From sequence record DRR723986_19395: a stretch of DNA of 52,286 nucleotides; one strand, given 5' to 3'. How positions within the stretch are numbered: the first letter of the stretch is position 1; each line of letters begins with the position of its first letter. The translations under genes were made by a program, and so were the position numbers. This document shows positions 30,262 to 41,472 of this stretch, in pieces. The notes beneath the pieces are model-generated. The model saw only the letters and a list, made by a program, of their open reading frames with translations, made no database searches and had not been told where the DNA came from.

Positions 30262-31305
30262 ATGAAATTAAAATTCGGCTCAACAGAAGAAAACGTAGTA
30301 ACTAGGGAAGAATTTCCACTGGAAAAAGCAAGAGAAGTACTCAAAGACGAAGTGATCGCGGTATTAGGTTACGGTGTACAAGGTCCTGGTCAGGCACTTA
30401 ACTTAAAAGACAACGGGTTCAACGTGATTGTAGGTCAGCGTAAAGGCTCCAAGACTTGGGATAAAGCTGTAGCTGATGGCTGGGTTCCTGGCGAAACACT
30501 TTTCGAACTGGAAGAAGCATGCGAGAAAGGTACTATCCTTCAGTTCCTACTTTCTGATGCAGGCCAGATCGCTCTTTGGCCAACAGTTAAAAAACACCTT
30601 ACTCCTGGAAAGGCATTGTATTTCTCTCATGGCTTCGGTGTGACTTATAAAGAAAAAACAGGTATCGTCCCTCCAGCTGACGTAGATGTGATCTTGGTAG
30701 CTCCAAAAGGTTCTGGTACATCTTTGAGAAGAATGTTTGTAGAAGGTAGAGGATTGAACTCTTCTTATGCAATCTATCAGGATGGAACTGGTAAGGCAAA
30801 AGACCGGGTTGTAGCTCTAGGTATTGGCGTAGGATCTGGATATTTGTTCGAAACAGACTTCTATCGTGAAGTAACCTCTGATTTGACTGGCGAAAGAGGT
30901 ACCTTGATGGGCGCTATCCAAGGTATATTTGCAGCTCAGTACGAAGTATTGAGATCAAATGGTCACACTCCTTCTGAAGCTTTCAACGAAACCGTGGAAG
31001 AATTGACCCAGTCATTGATGCCATTGGTCGCTGAAAACGGAATGGACTGGATGTATGCTAACTGCTCTACTACAGCTCAAAGAGGTGCTTTGGATTGGTG
31101 GAAACCTTTCAGAGATGCTACTAAGCCGGTATTTGAAGAACTATACAACAGTGTAAAAACAGGTCAAGAGGCTCAGAAGTCTATTGACTCTAACTCTAAA
31201 GAAGATTACCGAGTGAAACTGGAAGCTGAATTGAAAGAATTGAGAGATTCTGAAATGTGGCAGGCAGGTGCTGTCGTCCGTCAGTTGAGACCAGAAAATA
31301 ACTAA
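30262..31305 (+). CDS. ilvC: Ketol-acid reductoisomerase
   Basis: [39 protein letters not shown]. Confidence 0.96.
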   Translation: MKLKFGSTEENVVTREEFPLEKAREVLKDEVIAVLGYGVQGPGQALNLKDNGFNVIVGQRKGSKTWDKAVADGWVPGETLFELEEACEKGTILQFLLSDAGQIALWPTVKKHLTPGKALYFSHGFGVTYKEKTGIVPPADVDVILVAPKGSGTSLRRMFVEGRGLNSSYAIYQDGTGKAKDRVVALGIGVGSGYLFETDFYREVTSDLTGERGTLMGAIQGIFAAQYEVLRSNGHTPSEAFNETVEELTQSLMPLVAENGMDWMYANCSTTAQRGALDWWKPFRDATKPVFEELYNSVKTGQEAQKSIDSNSKEDYRVKLEAELKELRDSEMWQAGAVVRQLRPENN

Positions 31306-31324
31306 TACAAAACCCCCAAGAATT

Positions 31325-32833
31325 ATGAGTGAGAAGCTATGGATATTTGACACTACCCTGAGAGATGGGGAGCAAGTACCCGGGTGTCAGCTGAATACCC
31401 AGGAGAAAATTGTGGTAGCAAAAGCGCTGGAAGAACTAGGTGTAGATATTATCGAAGCCGGCTTTCCAATTTCAAGTCCAGGAGATTTCAATTCTGTACT
31501 TGAGATTTCAAAGGCAGTTTCTAACCCGATTATCTGCGCCCTTTCCAGAGCTGTAGAAAAAGATATCGAAGTAGCGGCTCAATCCCTCAAATTCGCGAAG
31601 AAGGGTCGTATTCATACTGGAATCGGTGTTTCACCATATCATATTCAATATAAACTGCGCTCCACTCCCGAGGATATTATTGCTCGGGGTGTAGCTGCAG
31701 TGAAGTTTGCTAGACGGTTTGTAGATGACGTGGAATTTTATGCTGAAGATGCAGGTCGTGCAGACGCAGACTTTCTAAATAAGATTATTGAGGAAGTGAT
31801 CAAGGCAGGAGCGACTGTGGTGAATATTCCTGATACTACAGGATATACCCTTCCAGAGCAATACGGTGCTATTATCGCTAGTTTGAAGAATAATGTGCCA
31901 AATATTGACAAAGCGATTATTGCTACCCATTGTCACAATGACCTTGGAATGGCTACGGCAAACACGGTGTCAGGCGTACAGCATGGTGCCCGTCAGGTCG
32001 AAGTCACTATCAATGGTATCGGAGAAAGAGCAGGAAATACCTCCCTGGAAGAAGTGGTTATGGCAATTAAATGTCATAAAACCATCGAAGTACATACTGA
32101 TATCGTAACTCCAAGAATTTACAACACCAGTCGCCTGATTTCTAAATTGATGAATATGCCAGTACAGCCAAATAAGGCTATTGTTGGCAGAAATGCATTT
32201 GCACATTCATCAGGAATTCACCAGGATGGTGTATTGAAGCACAGAGAAAATTACGAAATCATTGACCCTAAAGATGTGGGTGTCGGTGAGTCAACAATTG
32301 TGTTGACAGCAAGATCCGGAAGAGCTGCTTTGAAGCACCATTTGGATGCTTTGGGTGTAGAATTGGAAGGTGAGGCACTTCGTGAAGTGTATGAAGAATT
32401 CTTGATTTTGGCTGATAGCAAGCGCGATATAGGCCGTAAAGACCTGATGGGCTTGGTTGGTAAGTTTGTGACTGATTCCAATTTTATTGAATTGGGTAAA
32501 GTTACTTATTCATCAAATGGCTCAATTCAAGCTCAGGTAGAAATGAAAATCGGAGACGAATCCCACACGTCTACTGCAAGCGGAAATGGTCCTGTAGATG
32601 CAGTTCTGAAAGCTATAGACAAAATCGCCAAGCCAGCCGTAGAATTAGAAGAATTCCTTATTCAGGCCATAACTCACGGCAGTGATGATGTGGCAAAAGT
32701 TCATATGAGATTAATCAAAGGAGACAAACCTTACTATGGTTTTGCCTCACATACAGACATCGTATTGGCTTCAGCTCAGGCCTTTGTAGATGCACTCAAT
32801 AAAATCCCGGTCAAAGAATACGCGACCGCTTAA
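31325..32833 (+). CDS. leuA: 2-isopropylmalate synthase
   Basis: [50 protein letters not shown]. Confidence 0.95.
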   Translation: MSEKLWIFDTTLRDGEQVPGCQLNTQEKIVVAKALEELGVDIIEAGFPISSPGDFNSVLEISKAVSNPIICALSRAVEKDIEVAAQSLKFAKKGRIHTGIGVSPYHIQYKLRSTPEDIIARGVAAVKFARRFVDDVEFYAEDAGRADADFLNKIIEEVIKAGATVVNIPDTTGYTLPEQYGAIIASLKNNVPNIDKAIIATHCHNDLGMATANTVSGVQHGARQVEVTINGIGERAGNTSLEEVVMAIKCHKTIEVHTDIVTPRIYNTSRLISKLMNMPVQPNKAIVGRNAFAHSSGIHQDGVLKHRENYEIIDPKDVGVGESTIVLTARSGRAALKHHLDALGVELEGEALREVYEEFLILADSKRDIGRKDLMGLVGKFVTDSNFIELGKVTYSSNGSIQAQVEMKIGDESHTSTASGNGPVDAVLKAIDKIAKPAVELEEFLIQAITHGSDDVAKVHMRLIKGDKPYYGFASHTDIVLASAQAFVDALNKIPVKEYATA

Positions 32834-32835
32834 TT

Positions 32836-34242
32836 ATGGAAAAGACAACATTATTTGATAAAATCTGGGATGCTCACGTCGTGAAATCCGTTCCCTCTGG
32901 TCCAGATGTATTCTTCATCGATAAGCATTTTATCCATGAAGTAACTTCTCCTGTCGCTTTTCTAAACTTGGAAAAGCGTGGAATTGGAGTGAAAAACCCA
33001 AGCCGAACAGTAGCTACTCCAGATCACAACGTACCTACAGTCGATCAGGATAAAACAATTAAGGACAAGCTTTCACGCATGCAAGTAGAAAGACTTCGTG
33101 AGAACTGTGCCAAATACGGCATCGAACTACACGATTTGGGCTCTGCTCATCATGGGATTGTTCACGTGATTGGTCCAGAATTGGGTATCACGCAGCCAGG
33201 TATGACTATCGTGTGTGGTGATAGCCATACTTCTACTCACGGCGCTTTCGGAGCAATTGCCTTCGGGATCGGTACTTCTGAAGTAGAAATGGTTTTGGCG
33301 ACGCAGTGTATTATGCAGTCCAAGGCTAAGAAAATGAGAATCACCATCGATGGCGTAGCTGGACCAGGTGTAACTTCCAAAGACTTGATACTTTATGTAA
33401 TTGCACAGATTTCGGCGGCAGGTGCTACTGGGTACTTCGTGGAATATGCTGGATCAGCGATCCAAAGTCTTTCCATGGAAGCTAGAATGACGGTTTGTAA
33501 CATGTCTATCGAAATGGGAGCACGTGGAGGTTTGATCGCTCCTGATGAAACTACTTTCGAATACTTAAAAGGAAAAGAATACGCTCCAAAAGGCGAAGAT
33601 TGGGACAAAGCTGTTGCTCACTGGAAAACTTTGAAAACAGACGAAGGTGCTGTTTTCGATAAGGAGTATCACTTCGATGCTGCGGATATCGAACCGATGA
33701 TTACCTACGGTACCAATCCAGGCATGGGAATCAAAGTGAAGGGAAATATTCCTACCACTGAAGGCATGGAAGGAAGCAATAAATCTTCTTACCTGAAGTC
33801 CTTAGCTTACATGGGCTTCGAGCCAGGTGAAGCTATCAAGGGTAAAAAAGTTGACTTCGTATTCGTAGGGTCTTGTACCAATGGACGTATTGAAGATATC
33901 CGTTCTGTGGCGGCTTATGTAAAGGGTCACAAAAAAGCTGACAACATCACTGCTTGGATCGTTCCAGGTTCTCGCGAAGTTGAGAAAATGGCACATGAAG
34001 AAGGTTTGGTTAAAATCTTGGAAGAAGCTGGATTCGAACTTCGTCAGCCGGGCTGTTCAGCTTGTCTAGCGATGAACGATGATAAGATTCCTTCTGGTAA
34101 ATATGCAGTATCTACTTCCAATAGAAACTTCGAAGGCCGTCAGGGACCCGGAGCAAGAACAATGCTCGCATCTCCTTTGACCGTAGCAGCAGTAGCCATT
34201 GCCGGTGAAATCTGCGATCCAAGAGAAGTTTTTCAAAATTAA
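32836..34242 (+). CDS. leuC: 3-isopropylmalate dehydratase large subunit
   Basis: [46 protein letters not shown]. Confidence 0.96.
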   Translation: MEKTTLFDKIWDAHVVKSVPSGPDVFFIDKHFIHEVTSPVAFLNLEKRGIGVKNPSRTVATPDHNVPTVDQDKTIKDKLSRMQVERLRENCAKYGIELHDLGSAHHGIVHVIGPELGITQPGMTIVCGDSHTSTHGAFGAIAFGIGTSEVEMVLATQCIMQSKAKKMRITIDGVAGPGVTSKDLILYVIAQISAAGATGYFVEYAGSAIQSLSMEARMTVCNMSIEMGARGGLIAPDETTFEYLKGKEYAPKGEDWDKAVAHWKTLKTDEGAVFDKEYHFDAADIEPMITYGTNPGMGIKVKGNIPTTEGMEGSNKSSYLKSLAYMGFEPGEAIKGKKVDFVFVGSCTNGRIEDIRSVAAYVKGHKKADNITAWIVPGSREVEKMAHEEGLVKILEEAGFELRQPGCSACLAMNDDKIPSGKYAVSTSNRNFEGRQGPGARTMLASPLTVAAVAIAGEICDPREVFQN

Positions 34243-34250
34243 AAACACGA

Positions 34251-34338
34251 AGTCAGAAATGGGAAGTAAGAATTTGAATCGGTAAGTAAAGTTTATGAAC
34301 GATCAAATTTTCCAATTTTCCAATTTTCCAATCTTTCA
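34251..34338 (+). repeat. Short tandem repeats between leuC and leuD
   Basis: Heptamers AGTCAGA AATGGGA AGTAAGA (34251-34271) and ATTTTCCA x3 + ATCTTTCA (34307-34338). Confidence 0.6.
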
Positions 34339-34349
34339 ATTAAAATAAA

Positions 34350-34940
34350 ATGGCTTACGATAAATTTACTGTTCTCACGAGCACTGCGGTTCCATTACCG
34401 ACAGACAATGTGGATACAGATCAGATCATCCCAGCTCGATTCCTTAAGGCTACAGAGCGTGAAGGTTTCGGTGACAATCTTTTCCGTGACTGGAGATATG
34501 ATGTAGAAGGCAATCCTAAAAAGGATTTTGTCCTGAACGACCCTACTTACAGCGGTAAAATCTTGGTTTCAGGAAGGAACTTCGGTTCTGGATCCAGCAG
34601 AGAACACGCCGTTTGGGCTATTTACGATTACGGCTTCAGATGTGTGGTTTCAAGCTTTTTCGCAGACATCTTCAAAAATAACTGTCTAAATATCGGTGTT
34701 TTGCCAGTGACAGTTTCCCCGGAATTTGCCGATAAATTACTGGAAACCATCACTGCAAATCCTGAAACTACGATTACTGTAGACATTCCTAGTCAGAAGA
34801 TTACTTTGGACTCCACTGGAGAATCCGAATCTTTTGACATCAATGAATACAAAAAAGACAACATGCAAAATGGCTTTGACGATATCGACTATTTACTGAA
34901 TATGTCAGATGAAATCGATGCTTTTGCTGCTAACAAATAA
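34350..34940 (+). CDS. leuD: 3-isopropylmalate dehydratase small subunit
   Basis: NVDTDQIIPARFL, NFGSGSSREHA, FADIF. Confidence 0.96.
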   Translation: MAYDKFTVLTSTAVPLPTDNVDTDQIIPARFLKATEREGFGDNLFRDWRYDVEGNPKKDFVLNDPTYSGKILVSGRNFGSGSSREHAVWAIYDYGFRCVVSSFFADIFKNNCLNIGVLPVTVSPEFADKLLETITANPETTITVDIPSQKITLDSTGESESFDINEYKKDNMQNGFDDIDYLLNMSDEIDAFAANK

Positions 34941-34946
34941 GTAAAA

Positions 34947-36533
34947 ATGACCGCAGGGAAGCGCATTGAAATAATGGATACAACGCTGAGGGATGGTGAA
35001 CAGACCTCAAGCGTTTCCTTCTTGCCTTCTGAAAAGCTGCAGATCGCTAAGCTTTTGCTGGATGAATTGAAGGTAGATCGAATAGAGGTTGCTTCAGCTA
35101 GAGTTTCAGAGGGGGAATTAGAAGGGGTGCAGAAAATTACTCACTGGGCAGCCGAGAAAGGCTATCTGGATCGAGTGGAAGTTTTAGGTTTTGTAGATAC
35201 ACCTGCTTCGGTGGATTGGTTACTAAAGGCTGGTGGCAAAGTGATGAATCTACTTACTAAAGGTTCCCTTAATCACCTTGTGCACCAATTGAAAAAAACT
35301 CAGGAGGAGCATTTTGCTGATATTCAAAAGAGCATAGTATACGCTCAGGAAAATGGGATTGATGTAAATGTGTATCTGGAAGATTGGTCGAATGGTATGC
35401 GGAATTCTCAGGAATATACGCTGGATTTGATTGGATTTCTGACCACACTTCCCGTGAAGAGAATTATGCTCCCAGATACCTTGGGACTTCTTTCTCCGGA
35501 AGAGACAAAGGCATTTTTCATCCAAATCTCTACCAAATTCCCGAACGCTCATTTTGATTTCCATGCGCATAATGACTACGATCTTTCTGTAGCCAATGTC
35601 ATGGAAGCCATCATGTACGGAGCTTCAGGAATTCATACCACAATCAATGGACTTGGAGAAAGAGCTGGAAATGCTCCTTTGGAGTCAGTGATTGCAGTGA
35701 TCAAAGATTTTACCGATCTTCAGATCAATGTGCAGGAGCAGAAAATCTACCGTGTAAGTAAATTGGTAGAGCAGTTTTCCGGACAGCATATTCCAGCAAA
35801 TAAGCCGGTTGTAGGAGAGAATGTCTTTACTCAAACTGCAGGAATACACGCCGACGGGGACAATAAAAAGAATCTCTATTTCAACGATTTGCTTCCTGAG
35901 CGATTTGGCCGTCAGCGGAAATATGCCCTAGGTAAAACTTCCGGCAAAGCTAATATCCTTAAGAATTTGGAAGAATTGGGGATTTCTTTGGAAAAGGACG
36001 AGCTGACGAAAGTGACTCAGCGGATCATCGAACTTGGTGATAAAAAAGAGCGGGTGACTACGGAAGATCTGCCTTACATCATTTCCGATGTGTTGCAGAA
36101 TAACTCCATTTCCAAAAATATTTTCATCGAAGGCTACCACATGACCCATTCTCAAGGGCTCAAGCCTTCTGTGCAACTTCGCTTAAACATTTACGGCAAA
36201 TCCTATGACGCCCATGCATCTGGAGATGGACAGTATGATGCTTTTATGCGTGCAGTAAAAGAAATTTACAAATCCCGAAAAAGACAACTTCCTAAGTTGA
36301 TCGATTACCACGTTTCGATTCCTCCAGGAGGCAAAACAGATGCTTTTGTGGAGACCGTTGTAACCTGGGATTATGGAAAAATATTTAAAACGAAAGGGCT
36401 AGATCCCGATCAAACAGTGGCTGCGATGATGGCCACAGAGAAAATGCTAAACATCGTCGAATCATTCAATCAAACACCAACGAAAGAAGAATCCAAGTTT
36501 TATGGAAATGAATATCGCGCTGTTGCCGGGTGA
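34947..36533 (+). CDS. cimA: (R)-citramalate synthase (second LeuA paralog)
   Basis: [54 protein letters not shown]: Leptospira/Bacteroidota CimA-type signature. Confidence 0.85.
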   Translation: MTAGKRIEIMDTTLRDGEQTSSVSFLPSEKLQIAKLLLDELKVDRIEVASARVSEGELEGVQKITHWAAEKGYLDRVEVLGFVDTPASVDWLLKAGGKVMNLLTKGSLNHLVHQLKKTQEEHFADIQKSIVYAQENGIDVNVYLEDWSNGMRNSQEYTLDLIGFLTTLPVKRIMLPDTLGLLSPEETKAFFIQISTKFPNAHFDFHAHNDYDLSVANVMEAIMYGASGIHTTINGLGERAGNAPLESVIAVIKDFTDLQINVQEQKIYRVSKLVEQFSGQHIPANKPVVGENVFTQTAGIHADGDNKKNLYFNDLLPERFGRQRKYALGKTSGKANILKNLEELGISLEKDELTKVTQRIIELGDKKERVTTEDLPYIISDVLQNNSISKNIFIEGYHMTHSQGLKPSVQLRLNIYGKSYDAHASGDGQYDAFMRAVKEIYKSRKRQLPKLIDYHVSIPPGGKTDAFVETVVTWDYGKIFKTKGLDPDQTVAAMMATEKMLNIVESFNQTPTKEESKFYGNEYRAVAG

Positions 36534-37569
36534 CGGCATCGGACCTGAAGTAATCGACCAGGCTGTGAAAGTAGTGAAAGCTATTGGCCAGAAATTCGGA
36601 CACAAAATCACTTTTACAGAAGCAGTAGTAGGAGCCGCAGCTATTGATGCGACTGGTGAACCTTATCCAGATTCAACCCACGAAATAGCTGCTGCCTCAG
36701 ACGCAGTACTTTTCGGAGCTATCGGAGATCCGAAATACGATAACGATCCAAAAGCTAAGGTTCGTCCTGAGCAAGGGTTATTATTGATGCGCCAGAAATT
36801 GGGCTTATTCGCAAATGTTCGCCCAACTTTCACTTTTCCTTCTTTGGTGCACAAATCTCCCTTGAAATTGGATCGTGTAGATGGCGTTGACTTTGTTTTC
36901 TTCAGAGAATTGACTGGCGGAATCTACTTCGGCGAGCCAAGAGGAAGAAATGAGCAAGGCACCAAGGCTTTTGATACCAATGTGTATAGCAAGCATGAGA
37001 TTGTTCGCTTGGCGAGAATGGGTTTCGAAGCTGCGCAAAAAAGAAGAAAACTCCTGACTTGCGTAGATAAAGCTAATGTGATGGCTACTTCTAGACTTTG
37101 GAGAGAAACCGTACAAGAACTTGCTCCGGAATATCCAGATGTGAAAGTAGAATATGAATTCGTAGATGCAGTAGCGATGCGATTGATTCAGTGGCCAAAA
37201 GCTTATGATGTCTTGATCACTGAAAACTTGTTCGGAGATATCCTGACAGATGAGGCTTCAGTGATTTCAGGTTCTATGGGCTTAATGCCATCTGCATCCT
37301 TGGGAACTTCCATCAAATTGTTCGAACCAATTCACGGTTCTTATCCACAAGCTGCTGGAAAAGATATTGCCAATCCTTTGGCAACAGTTCTATCAGCTGC
37401 GATGATGTTCGATTATGCTTTTGATTTGAAAGAAGAAGCTAAACTAATTTCTGATGTAGTAAATCTTTCACTTGATGAAGGTTATGTGACTGAGGATATT
37501 GCCGATGGCGGTACTTCCTACAAAACTTCTGAAGTTGGCGATTGGCTAGCTGCGAAGATTTTGGCTTAA
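36502..37569 (+). CDS. leuB: 3-isopropylmalate dehydrogenase
   Basis: [50 protein letters not shown]. Confidence 0.96.
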   Translation: MEMNIALLPGDGIGPEVIDQAVKVVKAIGQKFGHKITFTEAVVGAAAIDATGEPYPDSTHEIAAASDAVLFGAIGDPKYDNDPKAKVRPEQGLLLMRQKLGLFANVRPTFTFPSLVHKSPLKLDRVDGVDFVFFRELTGGIYFGEPRGRNEQGTKAFDTNVYSKHEIVRLARMGFEAAQKRRKLLTCVDKANVMATSRLWRETVQELAPEYPDVKVEYEFVDAVAMRLIQWPKAYDVLITENLFGDILTDEASVISGSMGLMPSASLGTSIKLFEPIHGSYPQAAGKDIANPLATVLSAAMMFDYAFDLKEEAKLISDVVNLSLDEGYVTEDIADGGTSYKTSEVGDWLAAKILA

Positions 37570-37621
37570 GGTAAACCATATAGAATTGAGCTGTTCGATA
37601 TTTGTAAACTCGAATATTAGC

Positions 37622-37654
37622 AAAAAACCACCTCAGGAATGGGGTGGTTTTTTT
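37622..37654. terminator. Terminator at the end of the ilv-leu operon (probably bidirectional)
   Basis: AAAAAACCACCTCA-GGAA-TGGGGTGGTTTTTTT. Confidence 0.85.
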
Positions 37655-37776
37655 ATTCATTTCATCGATTTTGAGCAACCGAGAATTTATTTGACTTTTT
37701 TAATCCTTTTGTATTTGATATAAAACATCGATTCCAATTCTTAAACAGAAAAGTATAAAAATATTTGGTGAGCTAT

Positions 37777-37980
37777 CTATTTTTTGGTTTTCTTAAAACC
37801 TAGAAACTCTTTCAAAAAAGCCTGCTCATTAAACGTTTGTTGTGACTTTTTTTCACTTCGAAATTTCATCCAAACCAATACTATAATTGTGAGGAGAAAT
37901 ATCATAAAAACTAAATATACCCAGTTAGGTACACCCTCTATTCGGTGTAATCTTCCCGCCCAACTTCGTCCGTAGCCCAA
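37777..37980 (-). pseudogene. Possible C-terminal remnant of a membrane protein
   Basis: 67-codon frame with one TM stretch and a basic tail; only a TTG start 1 nt after the DUF2442 stop. Confidence 0.35.
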
Positions 37981-37981
37981 G

Positions 37982-38215
37982 TTATTTCTTATTATCTTTA
38001 ATCAACTCATTCACTGAAATATCCTCATCAATCAAAGGCCAGTGAACGCCATATCCGGAAGGTGAGATCTTATACATGGAACGCTCCATGTCCGAGGCCT
38101 CTAAAAGTTTGTTGGATACATCCGCAATATCAAGGATGATTTCCCGCTCATCTACTGAGAGGATCATTTTATCATTGACGAAATTGATGTCAGAAATATG
38201 GTAGCTAACTTTCAT
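37982..38215 (-). CDS. DUF2442 family protein (putative antitoxin, DhiA-like)
   Basis: KLLEAS..ER..Y.ISPSGYGVHWPLIDEDIS signature; directly downstream of DUF4160. Confidence 0.85.
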   Translation of the reverse strand: MKVSYHISDINFVNDKMILSVDEREIILDIADVSNKLLEASDMERSMYKISPSGYGVHWPLIDEDISVNELIKDNKK

Positions 38216-38302
38216 GTGATTATAATTGATTTTTATTGGCCACATGGAATACCCTATAAAATCATTCCCTTGCGTGAGAACTTTTTTCTGGGGCATTTCA
38301 TA

Positions 38303-38551
38303 TTATTTATTGAAATAGGAATTCCAAGAGTCTACAATCAAATCAAAGTTCTTGAAAATTATCTTACGAATCTCTTTTCTCCCTGAAGTACTCAAATTAT
38401 ACGAAAAAGCTTCCTTAATGTCTACTTCCTCGGTAAAAATCCAAAATTTACATTCCATGTCAGCTTTCTGTGCATGAATGTGGATTGGCTCAGAACCTTC
38501 ATTTGAATAAAAGAAAAGTCTCCATCCTGAAATGTAAAGTACGGTTGGCAT
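38303..38551 (-). CDS. DUF4160 family protein (putative toxin, DhiT-like)
   Basis: MPTVL...GWRLFFYSNE..EPIHIH...ECKFW...W..YF signature. Confidence 0.88.
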   Translation of the reverse strand: MPTVLYISGWRLFFYSNEGSEPIHIHAQKADMECKFWIFTEEVDIKEAFSYNLSTSGRKEIRKIIFKNFDLIVDSWNSYFNK

Positions 38552-38710
38552 TACCTAATTTATCAAATAGTGAGGTAATTAAATATACCAGATTGCATTT
38601 TATGGAGTTGGAACTGCCACTCAGACACTAAATTCTTGCTAAATCCTTAATCAAAATCTAACACTTGAGAACTTTGGGTTGCTTATCTTAAGATTCTAAA
38701 CCCCAATCTG

Positions 38711-39913
38711 ATGAAACGCTGCTATTCCATTTTTACTCTTTCCTTATTTTTCTTGATTTCCTGCACTTCTCAAGAAAAGACTGCATCCACCAAACAATGG
38801 TACAAAGGTAATCTTCATACGCATTCTTATTGGTCCGATGGGGACGATTATCCTGAGATGATCATGGATTGGTATAAATCACACGACTATGATTTTGTGG
38901 TTTTATCTGATCATAACACACTGGCGCAAGGTGAAAAGTGGAAGTTGATTCCGAAATCTCCATCTCATGAAATGGGATTTCAGAAATACTTGGATAAGTA
39001 TGGAGATGAAGTTCAATATCGTGAGGATTCAGCAGGTAGGATAGAAGTCAAGTTAAAAACCCTAGCAGAATATGCTCCGATGTTTGAGGAGAAAGAAAAG
39101 TTTTTGATTATTAAATCTCAGGAGTTAACTGAGAGTTTTGAGAGTAAACCACTTCATATGAATGTGACGAACATTCAGAAACTAATACCTGCAAAAGGAG
39201 GGAATTCTATTCCTGAGATTATGCAAAATGGTTTGGATCGCGTGAAAGCACAGCGGGATTCTACTGGAGTGCCAATGTTTTTACATATCAATCATCCGAA
39301 TTTTATCTGGGCTATCACGCCTGAGGATATTATTGCCTTGAATGGTGAGCGATTTTTTGAAGTGTATAATGGTCATCCGCAGGTCAATAATTATGGTGAT
39401 TCCTTGAGGCCAAGTATGGAAGTGCTTTGGGACAAAGTTCAAGCAGCCTATCTGGAAGCGGGGAAGCCATTGCTTTATGGTTTGGCTGTAGATGATGCGC
39501 ATAATTATCATGTTTTTGATCAAAATAGTAGCAATCCAGGTAGAGGATGGGTAATGGTTTTGTCTGAAAGCTTAGACCCGACATCTTTGGTTGAAGCTAT
39601 GGAACGTGGGGATTTCTATTCAAGTACGGGTGTAACCTTGGAATCAATAGACTTCAGTGGAAAAAGGCTAAATGTCGAAGTGAAGGCGGAGGAAGGTGTA
39701 TCCTATGAAATCCAATTCTTTGGCACCAAAAAATCTTCACCAGAAGAAAGCGGAATATTATTGAGTGAAATAAGCGGAACTTCAGGATCGTATACTTTGG
39801 AATCAGATGATATGTATGTTCGAGCTAAAATCATTTCCTCCAAACCCAAAGAAAATCCTTATCAGATTGGTGATACAGAAACGGCCTGGACACAGCCAGT
39901 GACCGGGAAGTAA
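38711..39913 (+). CDS. PHP-family metallo-phosphoesterase lipoprotein
   Basis: Lipobox LISC; WYKGNLHTHSYWSDG, SDHN, NHPN, EVYNGH, DDAH. Confidence 0.8.
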   Translation: MKRCYSIFTLSLFFLISCTSQEKTASTKQWYKGNLHTHSYWSDGDDYPEMIMDWYKSHDYDFVVLSDHNTLAQGEKWKLIPKSPSHEMGFQKYLDKYGDEVQYREDSAGRIEVKLKTLAEYAPMFEEKEKFLIIKSQELTESFESKPLHMNVTNIQKLIPAKGGNSIPEIMQNGLDRVKAQRDSTGVPMFLHINHPNFIWAITPEDIIALNGERFFEVYNGHPQVNNYGDSLRPSMEVLWDKVQAAYLEAGKPLLYGLAVDDAHNYHVFDQNSSNPGRGWVMVLSESLDPTSLVEAMERGDFYSSTGVTLESIDFSGKRLNVEVKAEEGVSYEIQFFGTKKSSPEESGILLSEISGTSGSYTLESDDMYVRAKIISSKPKENPYQIGDTETAWTQPVTGK

Positions 39914-39949
39914 TTGCAATTCTTGAGTAGTTGATTGATTTGAACGAAA

Positions 39950-40777
39950 TTGACCCTAATTTCAAACTTCAAATCACAAATCGTTATTTCATTGCAATCC
40001 CGACCACATTCCTATCTTTTTTCCATTTCCTATTTCGGTGCTCGATACAAGGGTTGGGCTCCTCAGCCCAATCAGCCTACGGTGCAGCGGAGATTGGAGC
40101 GAGTGATTAGACATGTGTTGGGACATGAGGATTTTTCTTTGATTGGATCAAGCAGAACAGACTCTGGAGTTTCCTGTGTTGGAGGGTATGTGCAGATTTT
40201 CCTTCGGGAAAAAGTTGAAATGAGTTCACTCTTGCCCGATTTAAATGAACACTTGCCTCAGGATATTCAGCTGAATTCCGTACAGGAGGTTACCACCAAT
40301 TTTAATTTGATCCAATCCGTAAAGCAGAAAACTTACCGCTATTATTTTTCTAACTCAATAGATTTCCATCCTTTCGCTTCGGCTTTTCTAGTCAATATAA
40401 AGGAGAATTTGAATTGGGAAGCGATGAAAGAAGCTTGTCAATTATTTAAAGGGAAGCATGATTTTAAAGGCTTTTGCAAACCTTCAGGAAACAAAACTGA
40501 CTATGTCCGAGAAGTTCTTTCTTCTGGAATTTACACTTCCAATGAATTTCTAGGACAGTTTTTTCCGCAGGATATTTATTACTTCGAGATCACTGGTTCT
40601 GGTTTTCTTCATCATCAAGTGCGTATGATGATGTCTGCTGTTTGGCAGATAGGTAAAGGAGAAATGGATTTATCAGAAATCTCTGCTCGGTTTGAGTCTC
40701 CTGATAGGTTTGAAAAATTACCACCAGCACCGGCAAATGGATTGGTTCTTTGGGAGACTATTTTGAATAACCTTTGA
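39950..40777 (+). CDS. truA: tRNA pseudouridine(38-40) synthase TruA family
   Basis: SY.G..YKGW..Q, GSSRTDSGV catalytic Asp, KTYRYY, GKHDF, GSGFL..QVR.M, APANGL; start uncertain. Confidence 0.85.
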   Translation: MTLISNFKSQIVISLQSRPHSYLFSISYFGARYKGWAPQPNQPTVQRRLERVIRHVLGHEDFSLIGSSRTDSGVSCVGGYVQIFLREKVEMSSLLPDLNEHLPQDIQLNSVQEVTTNFNLIQSVKQKTYRYYFSNSIDFHPFASAFLVNIKENLNWEAMKEACQLFKGKHDFKGFCKPSGNKTDYVREVLSSGIYTSNEFLGQFFPQDIYYFEITGSGFLHHQVRMMMSAVWQIGKGEMDLSEISARFESPDRFEKLPPAPANGLVLWETILNNL

Positions 40778-40871
40778 GGTGTCATTTCGAAGGAGGAACG
40801 ACTGAGAAATCTCCTCTAAAACTTTAAATTTTTATTTTAAACCTTCGAGGTCAAAAAAGACCTCAAAGGTT
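40769..40871. repeat. Composite REP-like palindromic element between convergent truA and GNAT
   Basis: AACCTTTGAGGT (40769-40780), GTCATTTCGAAGGAGGAACGACTGAGAAATCT (40781-40812), AACCTTCGAGGTC-AAAAAA-GACCTCAAAGGTT (40840-40871). Confidence 0.6.
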
Positions 40872-40877
40872 AGATCC

Positions 40878-41372
40878 TCAAAGTTTCAATTCAAACACAT
40901 AATCATCCATTACATAGCCATTTCCAATGTCTATCACTTCCTCTTTGATGTTTACAAAACCCAAGTATTCGTAAAATTCAATGGCTCCCGTATTATACTT
41001 ATTCACATTTAACAGTAGACTGCTTTGCTCATTTTCTAAGGCAATCTTTTTAATAGCCTGAATTAATTTCTTCCCAATACCTTTTCCTTGAGCTGTGGGA
41101 AGAATATATATCTTGTGGATTTTGGTTTGACCTGGCTTTAGATTGGGTTGAATTCCCGTAAACCCTAATTCTACTCCATCTTCATAGGCAAGCAAAAAAA
41201 TATGACCGTTCTCAAATTGCTCTTCGAGATGGGGTATATCATAAAACCAATTTAGCATGTAATCGATTTGGGCTGGGCTAAGAATTTCTCCAAAAGTGTC
41301 TGGCCAAGTCCTGTAGGCAATAGATTGAACTAGTTTTAAATCTTCTTTGGATGCGGGTCTTATTTGAATCAT
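40878..41372 (-). CDS. GNAT family N-acetyltransferase
   Basis: IHKIYILPTAQGKGIGK acetyl-CoA motif, LNVNKYN..AI.FY...GF, GYVMDDY. Confidence 0.9.
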   Translation of the reverse strand: MIQIRPASKEDLKLVQSIAYRTWPDTFGEILSPAQIDYMLNWFYDIPHLEEQFENGHIFLLAYEDGVELGFTGIQPNLKPGQTKIHKIYILPTAQGKGIGKKLIQAIKKIALENEQSSLLLNVNKYNTGAIEFYEYLGFVNIKEEVIDIGNGYVMDDYVFELKL

Positions 41373-41412
41373 AGATCTTGACAATGAAAATTCAATTTAT
41401 CCCGATTGTATT

Positions 41413-41453
41413 AAAAAATAGAAACCGAGCCCCTTTTTGTGAGACTCGGTTTC
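41413..41453 (-). terminator. Terminator after the Gfo/Idh/MocA gene
   Basis: Minus strand GAAACCGAGTCTC-ACAAAAA-GGGGCTCGGTTTC-TATTTTT. Confidence 0.65.
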
Positions 41454-41472
41454 CATTTATTAGTTATAAGTA

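Noticed and set aside
36502-36533. cimA/leuB overlap (also cmk/ispH and mnmH/selD) as programmed frameshifts
   Set aside because: Ordinary short overlaps; each downstream gene has its own ATG and a complete N-terminus.
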